A stretch of 64,000 nt of DNA from Candidatus Thorarchaeota archaeon (GCA_020348985.1 CP070761.1:2300310-2364309), one strand, 5' to 3'. Positions 1-10,689 are shown, counted from the first letter of the stretch. Notes: a model not told the origin generated them from the sequence alone. A program made the numbers and translations.

Positions 1-3000
1 ACCTCGTGGGGTCAACACACTCTGAGGTGGACTTACACCAAGGATTTCTCTGTATCAGCGAATGATGATTGTGGCCGGATAGACAACATCTTGATTCACA
101 ACATTGACTATGCTTTGGAAATACCACATTTGGATTGGATCACAAGCGGCGATGCTGATTGGTTCATTGATACTGCCACTTACAAGGAAGGCGGCTCTTC
201 GGCTAGGAGTGGTGACATAGAAGACAACGAAGAGTCGTGGATGCAGACGACTATTCAAGGGCCCGCGATAGTGAGCTTTGATTGGAAGGTGTCCTCGGAG
301 CAGCGTTTTGACTTCTTACGCTTCTTGGTCGATGGTGCTGAAAAAGCTGCAATTAGTGGATCTCGATCCTGGACGCGTTTGACATACCATATCTCATCTT
401 GGGGTGCGCACACGCTTAGATGGGTTTATACCAAAGACTTCTCCCTATCATATTACTCCGACTGTGGTTGGGTGGACAACCTCAGGTTCATTCCATTTGA
501 CAACGCATTGGACATTGAGCTACCAACTTCACCACAGAATCTACAAGCATCGGTCGTCGATGACCAGATTCAGTTGACGTGGGATGTTCCGCTAATCGAT
601 GGCGACCCTCCTATAATTGGGTATGAAGTCTACAGAGGTACAAGTCCTGAATCAGTTTCATATTACGCGTCTGTTGAGGATACATCTTTCGCTGACACAG
701 ACATCAATGAGAACACAGACTACTACTATGAAGTCAGCGCAGTGAACACTGTGGGGGTTGGTCCCCGAACAGATTACATCATGGTAACTATAGGAGATGA
801 TGATACAACTCCTCCTATCATCAGTTGGGAATATGTAGGAGGTAACAGCGATGGAGACCCAGGATACATCGTAGTGACTGCTTCTGATGAATCAGGACTA
901 TCCGAGGATCCGAGCGGCACGTACTACCTCTCATCTGTCCTAGGAGATCAGAGTTTCACATTCACAGCAGTTGACGCTGATGATGACAGACCTGGTGACA
1001 GTTTAAGCACTACCATCACCGTGATTATTGACATCGACGATGATGACACCACGGCTCCTGTTATCACTTGGGAGTACTTTGGCAGCAACACTGATGGAGA
1101 TGCGGGTTACTTAGAAGTCACAGCTTCTGACGCGTCAGGATTGTCTGTAGATCCAAGTGGTACGTATTATCTTACAAATGACACAATCGAGCAGAGTTTC
1201 GAGTTCACCGCAGTTGATGCTGACAATGACAGACCTGATGATGAATTGAGTACCACAATCACAGTGAGCATCACCATCGAAGACGATGATACAATAGCTC
1301 CAGTGATCTTGTGGGAGTACTTCGGCAGCTACACCGATGGCGATCCCGGTTACATCGTAGTTACTGCTACCGATACATCAGGACTATCAGAAGACCCGAG
1401 CGGCACATACTACCTTTCATCCGTCCTTGGAGAACAGAGCTTCACATTCACAGCCGCAGATGGCGATAATGATAGACCACACGACACTCTCAGCACCACA
1501 GTAACTGTAACGATCGAAATAGTGGACGATGACACCACGGCTCCAGAGATTCTGTGGGAGTACTTTGGGAGCAACACCGATGGTGATCCTGGCTACATTG
1601 TAGTTATAGCTACCGATGCATCAGGACTATCAGAGGACCCGAGCGGTACGTACTACCTCTCACCAAACATAGGACAGCAAACCTTTGAATTCACAGCTAT
1701 TGACGATGATGATGACAGACCCGAAGACCGACTTGGCATAACAGTGTCTGTAACGATTGAAGTAGGAGATGATGATACCGCAGTACCAGAGATTCTATGG
1801 GAATACTTTGGGAGCAACACTGACGAAGACCCGGGATACATCGTAGTGACTGCTACCGATACCTCGGGACTATCTGAAGATCCAAGTGGCACATACTATC
1901 TGACATCAGCTCTCGGAGAACAAAGCTTCACTTTCACCGCTGTGGATGCAGATGAGGACCGTCCAGAAGACCAATTGAGTACTACAATAACGGCGAGTAT
2001 AGTCATCGAGGACGACGACACTACAGCTCCGGAGATTCTGTGGGAATACTTTGGTAGTTACACTGATGGCAATCCTGGCTACATCGTAGTCACTGCCGAT
2101 GATGCGTCGGGTCTATCAGAAGATCCAAGTGGTACATACTATATCTCTGCCGCTCTTGGAGCACAGACCTTTACTTTCATGGCTGTAGATGCTGATGACG
2201 ACAGAAAAGATGACAATCTGTGCACTTCGGTGACTGTGACAATTGAAATAGATGATGATGACAAAATCGCTCCAGAAGCCGTGTGGGAGTACTTCGGAGG
2301 CTACACCGACGGCGACCCAGGGTACATTGTAGTGACTGCGACCGACGATTCAGGACTGTCCGAAGATCCAAGTGGAACATACCACCTCACAACTGAACTA
2401 GGAGATCAGGTTTTCGAGTTCGTCGCAGTAGATGCAGACGCGGACCGGACCGGTGACCAACTGAGTACAACCGTCACTGTCACGATCACTATTGTTGACG
2501 ATGACACTGTCCCACCTGAGATTCAGATTGAGTATCTGGGAGGCGATGGGACCGACGCGAACCCTGGTTACTTCACATGGACAGTCACAGATGCTGGGGA
2601 TGGATTCAGTGTTGATGGAGGCGGAGGATTAAGTGAGATTAATATCACCATCAACTACACGTCCCTGGACGGATTGGGTGATTATTCCATTGTCTTGCTA
2701 GATGTCGCCTCTGGTACTTGGAACCTGCAGTCTGACCTGGGAACCTATTCAATCACTGTGTTCGCACGAGACGATGACGACGACCGCACTCTTGCTGTTG
2801 ACTCCCTCACGAGCGAACTATCATTAGAGCAGGACATCATAGATGACGATACTTCTCCCCCTGATGTTTCCAACGTGCTGATAACAGAGACTGCAGCCCG
2901 ACTCATCGTTACTTTCTCTGCCTCTGATGATTCAGGAATCGCGTCCATTGAGATTCTGATTGATGGTCAAGCGTTTGCACCTGTGGTCCAATCTCAAGAA

Positions 3001-3819
3001 TTCGAGACCTACACGTTCGAGTACAGTATGGAGCTTTTCTTCGGGACTCAGACTTGGGAACATCTTCTAGAGATCAGGGTGACAGATGGGGATGACGACC
3101 GACCATTCGACAGCCTGACGACTGATGTTACTGAATCATTTGTGTTATCTCCAGAGCACCTGTTGAGATTCATTGAGTACGAGCTCCTGATGCTTAAGGC
3201 AGAAATCAATGAGAATCTGGAAGACAAAGTCAGAAGAATGCTAGATTGCCTTCTGGACAAGGCTATTGATAGAATTCGAGATGCATTAGAACTCTATTTG
3301 GAAGGGAGAATCTCTCTCTCTCTAATGCTGGAACGGTTGACCAAAGCCATCCTCCACTTCTCAGAGATCATCACGGAGATTGGCAACTGCCACGACAAGA
3401 TTGACGAAGCCTTTGCACAACATCTAGTTGATAGACTTCATGAGATAAGGGACCACGTCACATACGCTATGGGGGCAAGTATTGGAACTGAGGCTGCACG
3501 GGCAATTGCAGATGTTGAGATTAGGATTGATCGTTTTGCGGATGGCCTTTATGAATCACTGTCATTCTGGGATGCCCTAATGATTGACATGCACCTGAAA
3601 CAGACAGTTCGAAAGCTCGACCAGACTCTGATTCAGTTGGCTCGAGGTAATGATTGTGCCGCCACACACAAACTGGCTAAGGCAGTCAGAGCTCTTGAGC
3701 ATACCAAGTGTTGGGTCAAAGCTCTTGAAAGGTTTGGAAGAATATCGGGCGATGTGGCGGACGGATTGATTTCAGAGATTGATGCCCTTATCACATCGTT
3801 ACAGCAAATCGAGATTTGA
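1..3819 (+). CDS. Large extracellular repeat protein (5' truncated): ConA/MAM-like domains, FN3, nine acidic Ig/cadherin-like repeats, C-terminal helical (FIMAH-like) region
   Basis: Frame is open from base 1 (TSWGQHTLRWTYTKDFS..., a second copy of the later SWGAHTLRWVYTKDFS), so the start lies upstream of the window; FN3 signature PTSPQNL..LTWD..GYEVYR..YYYEVSAVN; DDDTTAP repeats. Confidence 0.85.
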   Translation, partial: TSWGQHTLRWTYTKDFSVSANDDCGRIDNILIHNIDYALEIPHLDWITSGDADWFIDTATYKEGGSSARSGDIEDNEESWMQTTIQGPAIVSFDWKVSSEQRFDFLRFLVDGAEKAAISGSRSWTRLTYHISSWGAHTLRWVYTKDFSLSYYSDCGWVDNLRFIPFDNALDIELPTSPQNLQASVVDDQIQLTWDVPLIDGDPPIIGYEVYRGTSPESVSYYASVEDTSFADTDINENTDYYYEVSAVNTVGVGPRTDYIMVTIGDDDTTPPIISWEYVGGNSDGDPGYIVVTASDESGLSEDPSGTYYLSSVLGDQSFTFTAVDADDDRPGDSLSTTITVIIDIDDDDTTAPVITWEYFGSNTDGDAGYLEVTASDASGLSVDPSGTYYLTNDTIEQSFEFTAVDADNDRPDDELSTTITVSITIEDDDTIAPVILWEYFGSYTDGDPGYIVVTATDTSGLSEDPSGTYYLSSVLGEQSFTFTAADGDNDRPHDTLSTTVTVTIEIVDDDTTAPEILWEYFGSNTDGDPGYIVVIATDASGLSEDPSGTYYLSPNIGQQTFEFTAIDDDDDRPEDRLGITVSVTIEVGDDDTAVPEILWEYFGSNTDEDPGYIVVTATDTSGLSEDPSGTYYLTSALGEQSFTFTAVDADEDRPEDQLSTTITASIVIEDDDTTAPEILWEYFGSYTDGNPGYIVVTADDASGLSEDPSGTYYISAALGAQTFTFMAVDADDDRKDDNLCTSVTVTIEIDDDDKIAPEAVWEYFGGYTDGDPGYIVVTATDDSGLSEDPSGTYHLTTELGDQVFEFVAVDADADRTGDQLSTTVTVTITIVDDDTVPPEIQIEYLGGDGTDANPGYFTWTVTDAGDGFSVDGGGGLSEINITINYTSLDGLGDYSIVLLDVASGTWNLQSDLGTYSITVFARDDDDDRTLAVDSLTSELSLEQDIIDDDTSPPDVSNVLITETAARLIVTFSASDDSGIASIEILIDGQAFAPVVQSQEFETYTFEYSMELFFGTQTWEHLLEIRVTDGDDDRPFDSLTTDVTESFVLSPEHLLRFIEYELLMLKAEINENLEDKVRRMLDCLLDKAIDRIRDALELYLEGRISLSLMLERLTKAILHFSEIITEIGNCHDKIDEAFAQHLVDRLHEIRDHVTYAMGASIGTEAARAIADVEIRIDRFADGLYESLSFWDALMIDMHLKQTVRKLDQTLIQLARGNDCAATHKLAKAVRALEHTKCWVKALERFGRISGDVADGLISEIDALITSLQQIEI
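796..2496 (+). repeat. Seven tandem 243-bp (81-aa) coding repeats, followed by two divergent copies to about 3150
   Basis: DDDTxxP.I.WEY.G..TDGDPGYIVVTA.D.SGLSEDPSGTYYL...F.F.A.D.D.DR recurs at 796, 1039, 1282, 1525, 1768, 2011 and 2254. Confidence 0.95.
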
Positions 3820-3903
3820 ACCTAGATGACACAAAAAATGCAATGATTGATAATCAGTCCAGGTCTATGAAATCATATCAGTCATTATGCATGACTAGGG
3901 AGC

Positions 3904-4131
3904 GTGCGAGGTATTTCGAGAAACAAGGGAATGGCAGTCGTTGGACTGCTGATGTTCATAATCGGACTAGCGATCTTTGTTGACGATCTTCATGATTTTG
4001 TCCCAGGAACTGAATGGCTTCATTGGTTGCCCGAGTTCCAGCCAATCATCATTCTTGGCTTCCATCTCGAGCATCTGTATATCGGAGCGGGGATTCTGCT
4101 GATCGGACTCATCGCTATGGCCCGGTCCTAG
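3904..4131 (+). CDS. Small two-TM membrane protein
   Basis: Two hydrophobic segments; start may be ATG 3931. Confidence 0.65.
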   Translation: MRGISRNKGMAVVGLLMFIIGLAIFVDDLHDFVPGTEWLHWLPEFQPIIILGFHLEHLYIGAGILLIGLIAMARS

Positions 4132-4187
4132 GAATTGTGCATCAACTGGAGATTCTACTAAAGTAACCCTGCTGGAGGCCGTCCAGA

Positions 4188-4505
4188 TTGGCGTTTTCAG
4201 ATAATGAGCAATCAGTCGAGTTGTGCGACTATTGCGGTGAGCGCAAGCCGACTAGATGGTGGAGTGGGTTGGCCAGGAAGTACTGCTCAAAGGAGTGCAA
4301 TGCGGCTGACTTGTATCGCTTCTATGCGTTCATGACTTGCTTGACTGGATTTATCGTACCAATAGGCATTGCCGCTATTGTGACTGCCATAGCGGAAGGA
4401 AGAGCAGACTTCGACCTATTTGGTTTGATACAGTTTGCACTCACGACTGTTGGTGCAATTGCATTTGGTTACCTGACGGTAATAGGATACAGAGCTGCAA
4501 GGTGA
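4188..4505 (+). CDS. Small Zn-finger (CxxC...YCSxxC) membrane protein
   Basis: CDYC and YCSKEC motifs followed by two TM helices; GGAGG upstream. Confidence 0.65.
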   Translation: MAFSDNEQSVELCDYCGERKPTRWWSGLARKYCSKECNAADLYRFYAFMTCLTGFIVPIGIAAIVTAIAEGRADFDLFGLIQFALTTVGAIAFGYLTVIGYRAAR

Positions 4506-4577
4506 TATAGAGAAGAATCCGTCACCCTTCAAACTCAGTTCCGGCGATTCTTCTGCTACATCTGCATAAGTTCAGAA

Positions 4578-4799
4578 CTACCTTGCAGCACCGACTATGA
4601 GCAACACTATGCCAAGGCCCAATAGGATCAACATTACTTCAGTGAAGACATAGCCTGCGAGATCCAAGCTATAGAAACCAAGATCGAATAGTGCTGCTAT
4701 TTCTGGGAACATATTCAGCATTCCCAGCAGTATCGGCAGTATCCCAATAATTATCAGAAGCAGTCCAAGGCCTGCTGCACCCTTACCCATTCCATTCAC
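4578..4799 (-). CDS. Small membrane protein
   Basis: Two hydrophobic helices; GAGGTG at the start. Confidence 0.65.
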   Translation of the reverse strand: MNGMGKGAAGLGLLLIIIGILPILLGMLNMFPEIAALFDLGFYSLDLAGYVFTEVMLILLGLGIVLLIVGAAR

Positions 4800-4952
4800 C
4801 TCAAATGGCAGAAAATTAGTTGCGCTTCTCCCATAAAAATTGATGTGGACTTATTATCGTAGTAATACATTGCGGGAAAGAGCTCCAAAATGCAATCTGT
4901 TGTGAGACAATGTCACGTCAAAGTCCAAAGCGAGTTGACTTGGGGCTCGGAT

Positions 4953-5447
4953 TCAGGTTGCAGTGTTTTCATCAAAGCCAATCAATTCCCCTTCCCAGGG
5001 ACTCTCCAGTTTCTTGACTGTGAGAGTGATCAGGCCAAGAGCTGAGAATCCTACAATCGGGAGAGGTATGTTGATTGGTGGAGGACTACCGGAAGCAGGA
5101 GGAAGCAACAGGGAAAAGATAACTTGGAACACCATCAGAAGCAGTATCTTCTGTGCGTAGTCATACCTTTCTCTATTTTGCTTCTTGGTCGTGTCATACG
5201 CGAGCTTGGCAATGTAAAGACTTGGCCAAAACCAAATGACGTAGATCAAGGCAAAAGGGGAAAAACTGAAACTCACGCCAAAACTCGTTGTCCAGTGGTA
5301 TTGCCAAAGCGGGGCCAGAAAGATTAGATGAATGTTCTCAGAGCTCACAATCTGCATAGATAGGAAGAACGGAGACGCCAATGTCACCGTGAGCAGAAGA
5401 TAGCTCACCTTCTCTGTGAACCTGAAAGGCATGAGATCCAGTCTCAA
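4953..5447 (-). CDS. Hypothetical membrane protein
   Basis: About four hydrophobic segments; fills the intergenic gap. Confidence 0.6.
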   Translation of the reverse strand: MRLDLMPFRFTEKVSYLLLTVTLASPFFLSMQIVSSENIHLIFLAPLWQYHWTTSFGVSFSFSPFALIYVIWFWPSLYIAKLAYDTTKKQNRERYDYAQKILLLMVFQVIFSLLLPPASGSPPPINIPLPIVGFSALGLITLTVKKLESPWEGELIGFDENTAT

Positions 5448-5504
5448 ACAGAATTACACGCTCTGAGTCAATAAAAGAACTCGCAAGAAAGCAGGAGATT
5501 GCCT

Positions 5505-5921
5505 CTATTTTCCACTATGACTTCGGACTATCTTCGAGGCAGTGAGCCACACTCTCATCCTGTCAAGATTCGCGTGTAAATCGATTATGCTACCTTTCGT
5601 ACCAAATGAAACCGAAGTAGGGGCCATTCGCTTCCCGTTGTTCCTCACAGTGTAGGTTTGCGACTGAATGCTACCACTACCGATTTTCTGAGCTCGTTCT
5701 CCCATCAGAAGTACATCTTCAAGGTCATTTTCGCTCTTGATGTGAAGATAACATGATGCATAGTATGGAGAGGATCGGTCAGTGAATCTTACAATCCGCG
5801 ATCCTGGTGCAAATTCCTCTGCCGCGCAAGACGAGCATATCGAGTACTTAGTGGGAGTGAAATAGTCATACACAATCTGGACGTTTTTCTCAGATCCGCA
5901 TCTTTCACAGTGCTCTGTCAT
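5505..5921 (-). CDS. Hypothetical protein with N-terminal Zn ribbon
   Basis: CERC...CSSC pairs. Confidence 0.6.
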   Translation of the reverse strand: MTEHCERCGSEKNVQIVYDYFTPTKYSICSSCAAEEFAPGSRIVRFTDRSSPYYASCYLHIKSENDLEDVLLMGERAQKIGSGSIQSQTYTVRNNGKRMAPTSVSFGTKGSIIDLHANLDRMRVWLTASKIVRSHSGK

Positions 5922-6067
5922 GATCCGCCCTTCTGCCTTTCACAAAATGGCAGACAATACGAATCAAACAGAATACTTGAGACGTTATGTTGCGGGGATG
6001 TTATAGATGAAATCGTGGCTTGCTCATGTCAACACGCATTTTTACATGTGAGAGTTTTCTGACTACT

Positions 6068-6688
6068 ATGCCAAACATATTCACGAAGCGTGTGCTCGAA
6101 AAGTTTGTCACAATGGTGCCAGAGCTTAAGGATGCTCTGTCAAGGGCCGAGATGAAGCTCAATCCTAGATTCGAACCTCCGTTTGAGATGCTTGTTAGAT
6201 CCATTGTCTACCAGCAGCTCTCCTACAGGGCAGCAAAGACAATCTATGATCGGTTCCTAGCATTGGTCGGCAAGCTAACACCAAGACGCACACTCTCAAA
6301 ATCGGATGAACAACTCCGAAGCGTAGGTCTGTCACGACAGAAGGCGTCCTATATACGGAATGTTGCCTTAGCATTTGGCAGAGGGGGTAGTCTAGCAAAA
6401 TACAACACAGTTGATGCGATAAAGGCTCTGTCATCTTCTGACATCATGGAGCTCTTTGTCGAGATTAAGGGTGTAGGTCCTTGGACCGTCGAGATGTATC
6501 TCATCTTCTCTCTGGGTCGGCTTGATGTTCTCTCTGCAAGTGACCTTGGAGTGCGCAAAGGAGTGATGAAGCTCTACGGACTGGCAGATGTTCCAACTGC
6601 AAAGCAGGTCAAGGAGATTGCCGAAAAATGGCATCCCTTGGAGACGGTAGGAACGTATCTTGCCTGGCGTGCCACTGAGTTTGACTGA
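6068..6688 (+). CDS. alkA: DNA-3-methyladenine glycosylase II (HhH-GPD family)
   Basis: LVRSIVYQQLS, GLSRQKA, IKGVGPWT HhH motif, DLGVRKG. Confidence 0.9.
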   Translation: MPNIFTKRVLEKFVTMVPELKDALSRAEMKLNPRFEPPFEMLVRSIVYQQLSYRAAKTIYDRFLALVGKLTPRRTLSKSDEQLRSVGLSRQKASYIRNVALAFGRGGSLAKYNTVDAIKALSSSDIMELFVEIKGVGPWTVEMYLIFSLGRLDVLSASDLGVRKGVMKLYGLADVPTAKQVKEIAEKWHPLETVGTYLAWRATEFD

Positions 6689-7714
6689 TTATCTGGCTGA
6701 ATCGATTATCTTTTCGCCAGTCTCTTTGAAAGATGAGCGGAGTCTTTCTTTGGTGCTGTCTAAGAGGAACGAAGCGTCGACAGCATTCAGTGATAGTCGG
6801 AGCAGATCTGATAGCGTAAACCCAAGGTGTTCGTGAAGCTGGAGGTACTCGTTGTCTAGGTCAGTGTGAAAGAAAGTGGGGTCGTCACTATTGACTGTAA
6901 CCAACAAGCCCATATCATAGAACTCTCTGATAGGATGTTCCTGAAGAGATTGAACTGCTCCAGTTCTTACATTGCTGACCGGGCACGCCTCTATCCCGAT
7001 TCTATCCCTCTTGATTCTTTCAAGCAATCTCAAATCTTGTGCCGCAGAAACTGCGTGTCCCACGCGTTCGACTTTCAATGCTTCGATCGCTCCCCAAACA
7101 GACTCTGGTCCTGCGGCCTCACCTGCATGAGCCACCAGATGCAGTCCCATTTCCTTAGCCTCTCTGTAGATTTCCGCATACGGCTCTGGAGGAAACGTGT
7201 GTTCGCTCCCTCCAATGTCAATTGAGATAACATTCTCCGACTTTTCCTTGATCCACGACAAGGTTTCACGTGCCGAATCTAGTCCGTAGTTGCGCACCAA
7301 GTCAATCCGGATATTGGATTCGATGCCATGGTCACTTTTTGCTTTACGGACTCCTCTGTTGATGTGGTCCAGCATGTTACCATAGTCCAGGCCACGTTTG
7401 ACATGATCGGGTGCAGAGAAACTGAACTCCACATATCGTGTATTTGACTTCGCACAGTCTTCTAGCATTTCGTAGGCAATCTGTTCGAAATACTTCTCTT
7501 GCGGAATATTGTCTATGACTTGTCCATAGACTGAGATGAAGTGTGCAAAATCGCGATACTGGAATAGCCTATCATATTCGTCGTCATTCCTGAGAGGTGA
7601 CTCTATGCTTTCTTCTTCCAATATGTGCAACAAGGTGCGCGGCCTTATCGACCCTAGAAGGTGGATATGTAATTCGGCCTTGGGAAGTTCTCTTATCGCC
7701 TGGTCCGTGTTCAT
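6689..7714 (-). CDS. add: Adenosine/adenine deaminase
   Basis: LPKAELHIHL, HAGE, RVGHA, CPVSN, NSDDP motifs. Confidence 0.92.
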   Translation of the reverse strand: MNTDQAIRELPKAELHIHLLGSIRPRTLLHILEEESIESPLRNDDEYDRLFQYRDFAHFISVYGQVIDNIPQEKYFEQIAYEMLEDCAKSNTRYVEFSFSAPDHVKRGLDYGNMLDHINRGVRKAKSDHGIESNIRIDLVRNYGLDSARETLSWIKEKSENVISIDIGGSEHTFPPEPYAEIYREAKEMGLHLVAHAGEAAGPESVWGAIEALKVERVGHAVSAAQDLRLLERIKRDRIGIEACPVSNVRTGAVQSLQEHPIREFYDMGLLVTVNSDDPTFFHTDLDNEYLQLHEHLGFTLSDLLRLSLNAVDASFLLDSTKERLRSSFKETGEKIIDSAR

Positions 7715-7958
7715 CTTGCTATCTCTCTTGCATCCGACTGTTAAGTTGTATTATCCCCATACATATCGTTGTCTTCACAATCCAAGTGGCCAGTTGTTAA
7801 GCAGCTTCCGGAAGGCACCGTAATGTGCTGCCGCCATAATCTCTACTGAATCAGCAGACGTACGACCCGATTGAGAATGCCTTAACCAATTCCACCTAGA
7901 AGCCTTCTAGCTCAAGGATATTCGCGAATGAATTTACTATTTCGCCTTATATTAGCGA

Positions 7959-8321
7959 ATGAGAATCAATTTCTCGATTGAGATGACTGTCAACACTCAG
8001 ACTGCAATTGCACACTCATTGTGTAGGAAGAGAGCATGTGGACGCCAAAGTTGCTTGGTTTTCTACACAAGCGATGATTGTTATCTGTGTGGCGCCGCCA
8101 AAGAAATCCTGACTGGCGTGGTCGGAGACTTCGGGCTTCAGGATAACGTCATCTCAATCGTCGACATAGACTCCTGCCGCAACTTCGATAATGAGTTATC
8201 AGACATTTTTGCTTTGCCTGCAATTAGAATCTGTGGAGAAGTTATAACAGGGCTGCCCGACCCTGACAAGGCCAGGACAAGACTGATGCTTGCCATAATG
8301 AACGAGTGCTTTGGTCAATAG
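7959..8321 (+). CDS. Thioredoxin/glutaredoxin-fold protein
   Basis: FYTSDDCYLC (CxxC), VDID, ALP cis-Pro loop; start may be 7983. Confidence 0.7.
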   Translation: MRINFSIEMTVNTQTAIAHSLCRKRACGRQSCLVFYTSDDCYLCGAAKEILTGVVGDFGLQDNVISIVDIDSCRNFDNELSDIFALPAIRICGEVITGLPDPDKARTRLMLAIMNECFGQ

Positions 8322-8384
8322 TTTGGGTACAGATATTAGACGCCCCTTCACTACCTTGTTAAAACGTTGTAAATAGGAAGGGTT

Positions 8385-9065
8385 ATGATGTCTGACACAA
8401 CTAGCTCCTCACTACGGACAGCCGCAATCTTCGTCTTCATCGGATTCTTGATGACTCTTGGAATGGTTGCTGAGACTCTGTTAAACACCGATGCCGTGAA
8501 TCTCTACACGGTTAATGACATTCAATCCATTATCGATGGACTTGTTGCGAGTACCCCTTTCACGATTCAGTTTAGCCTGGCCGGGCTTGTCTTTGACTGT
8601 TTCTTTATCATTGGATATCTGTCCATCTTCTACGCTTTGTATGTTCTCACCAAGGAGCGAGACCTCGTGCTCCCGAAACTCGCATTTGCCTTAGGCTTCA
8701 CAACCGGCGTAACTGACCTTGTCGAGAATGCCATTCATGTCTCACTCTTGACAGGTGTACCCAATGGCTGGGTTCCTGACGCTTTGGTCTTCTCGAACGC
8801 TTGGACGGTGACATTTGTCAAGGATCTCTCTAGCTACATGGCGGGGATGATATTCGTCGTCTTGCTCCTCATGACTCTCGGAATTCCGCCGGTACTAAGA
8901 ACACCTAAACTCGTACTGACAATCCTTCTTGGATTATACGTAGTACTAGGCTGCATAGCAGTTGTCTTTCCCCCATTCTTGACATTAAGAAATCTAAGCT
9001 TCATGATTGATATGCTTCTTGGATCGCTGATGCTCAGCAACATGGCCACAAGAATCGCGACGTAG
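8385..9065 (+). CDS. Multi-pass membrane protein
   Basis: About six TM helices, DLVEN motif. Confidence 0.75.
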   Translation: MMSDTTSSSLRTAAIFVFIGFLMTLGMVAETLLNTDAVNLYTVNDIQSIIDGLVASTPFTIQFSLAGLVFDCFFIIGYLSIFYALYVLTKERDLVLPKLAFALGFTTGVTDLVENAIHVSLLTGVPNGWVPDALVFSNAWTVTFVKDLSSYMAGMIFVVLLLMTLGIPPVLRTPKLVLTILLGLYVVLGCIAVVFPPFLTLRNLSFMIDMLLGSLMLSNMATRIAT

Positions 9066-9107
9066 ATGCCCACACGATTAGCCGAGGATCAGGCATCAAG
9101 AACTAAG

Positions 9108-9263
9108 TTACTGCCCCTGTGGCGCGCTCAGAGACTCCAAGATTGCACGCAATGTGCTCTCAAGTGACTGGACTCTCTCTTGAAGAGCATGAATCTCCTC
9201 CAAAAGGTACCCAATCTTCTCCTCGATACTCGTATCGCCAGATTCACTCTTCGGGAAACCCAT
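9108..9263 (-). CDS. Small coiled-coil protein (51 aa)
   Basis: ATG at 9263 after a purine-rich tract; heptad-like LEEIHALQERVQSLESTL. Confidence 0.45.
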   Translation of the reverse strand: MGFPKSESGDTSIEEKIGYLLEEIHALQERVQSLESTLRAILESLSAPQGQ

Positions 9264-9312
9264 CTTATCCCTCTCTGATGATTTCCAATCTGGCACTGAG
9301 TTTTCCCGCTCC

Positions 9313-10689
9313 TTATCTTGTGAAGTACACAATGCTCTCTCTCAAGACAAAGGACCTTCTTATTCCAGACCTTCTAACTCTGTCGATTTCGATTCCCATA
9401 GGTCTGAATCCTGCTTTCTCGGCCACCATCATAGTAATGAGATCTGTAGGAATATAGACGTCCAGGATCAGGGAATCCCCTACAACCCATGCCACCTTGC
9501 CTCCCGGTCGCATTGAGTCGTGTATTCGACAGAGCACTCGGTAAATGTCTTCGAAGTACTTGCGAATCAGTATATGGTAGTCCTTTCTTCTAATTCCGAG
9601 CCGTTCTCTCATTCTGGGTCTCGTTGCCCTTGTCACATAGGTGACCCAATCAAGGTCGAACAGATCTGGCTGCTCTTCATACTCTTGTATCATTTTCCTG
9701 GAGACATTGTCACAGAGAATCATTCTATCACGGAGCTCTCTAAAATCTGCTGTAGATTGGGCGTCCTCCATCCAGCCAATCTCCAGCTTGTAGTTTCCAA
9801 CATAATCAAATGAGTTCAGATACGGTGGCGATGTAATAACGGCATCCACAGTGTGTTCTGCAGGAATCGCGAATTCCATTGAGTCCTCGTTGTAGATGTG
9901 ACACGGAGGTAACTCGCCTTGAATTCGCTGAACTTGTTCGATGTCTTCAATTATCTGGCCAACTTTCGTCTCGAAGAGCTCCACTGGGAGTCTCACATGC
10001 ACGGCAGTTTCCTTCTTCTTATCATACCCTATCGAAGGCGACCGCTTGAGATTGCTGCAGGGCAGCAGCACAGTCATGAAGGCCAGCTCAAAGTAGATCC
10101 TGAGATCCGGCCGCTCAATCTGCTGAACTTGTTCTTTGATCCTGAGAATGATCTGGAGCACATCAGGTCTAAACTGCCTGTCAGTCTTCATAAACACCGG
10201 AGGATCAATGCTGGTCTCTTTTGTGAAGTCAAGCGATTTCATAGTGTTTCTGATTTCCTCAGGACTGATTTCCCATGCTGTTTTCGCTTTGAGGACCCTG
10301 AAGATCGTTGGATTGATTTCGATGCCCACAGACTCAATCCCTCTCATCATTGAACAGACATTCACCGTTCCTGATCCTGTGAACGGATCCAATATTACGG
10401 AATCCTTCCCAAGACCAAAGTCATCCATTGTGTCGTATACGAAGCTATCAGAGAATCCTTCAAGGTAGTCCGTCCACCGGTGAACTGGCCTCGCCTTGTT
10501 GTTGGCAAAGTTCAGACCACGGCGCTTCAATTCAAAACGAATGCTGACCTCAGGATAGCGAAGCTGGAACTCATGAAGATACGTTTCTGGCGTTTTGAAA
10601 TGAGATCCTATGCTTGTCCATAGGTCCGTATTTCCAGAGTAGAATCGACCCACATCACCGATAAAAGACGAGTCCTGCTCACTGGTCAT
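9313..10689 (-). CDS. DNA amino-methyltransferase (N4-cytosine/N6-adenine type), orphan
   Basis: Motif I DPFTGSGT precedes motif IV ITSPPY; HRW motif; no adjacent endonuclease. Confidence 0.85.
   Translation of the reverse strand: MTSEQDSSFIGDVGRFYSGNTDLWTSIGSHFKTPETYLHEFQLRYPEVSIRFELKRRGLNFANNKARPVHRWTDYLEGFSDSFVYDTMDDFGLGKDSVILDPFTGSGTVNVCSMMRGIESVGIEINPTIFRVLKAKTAWEISPEEIRNTMKSLDFTKETSIDPPVFMKTDRQFRPDVLQIILRIKEQVQQIERPDLRIYFELAFMTVLLPCSNLKRSPSIGYDKKKETAVHVRLPVELFETKVGQIIEDIEQVQRIQGELPPCHIYNEDSMEFAIPAEHTVDAVITSPPYLNSFDYVGNYKLEIGWMEDAQSTADFRELRDRMILCDNVSRKMIQEYEEQPDLFDLDWVTYVTRATRPRMRERLGIRRKDYHILIRKYFEDIYRVLCRIHDSMRPGGKVAWVVGDSLILDVYIPTDLITMMVAEKAGFRPMGIEIDRVRRSGIRRSFVLRESIVYFTR

Noticed and set aside
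796-2496. Regularly spaced DNA repeats as a CRISPR array
   Set aside because: 243-bp in-frame coding repeats with synonymous variation, no unique spacers and no cas genes.
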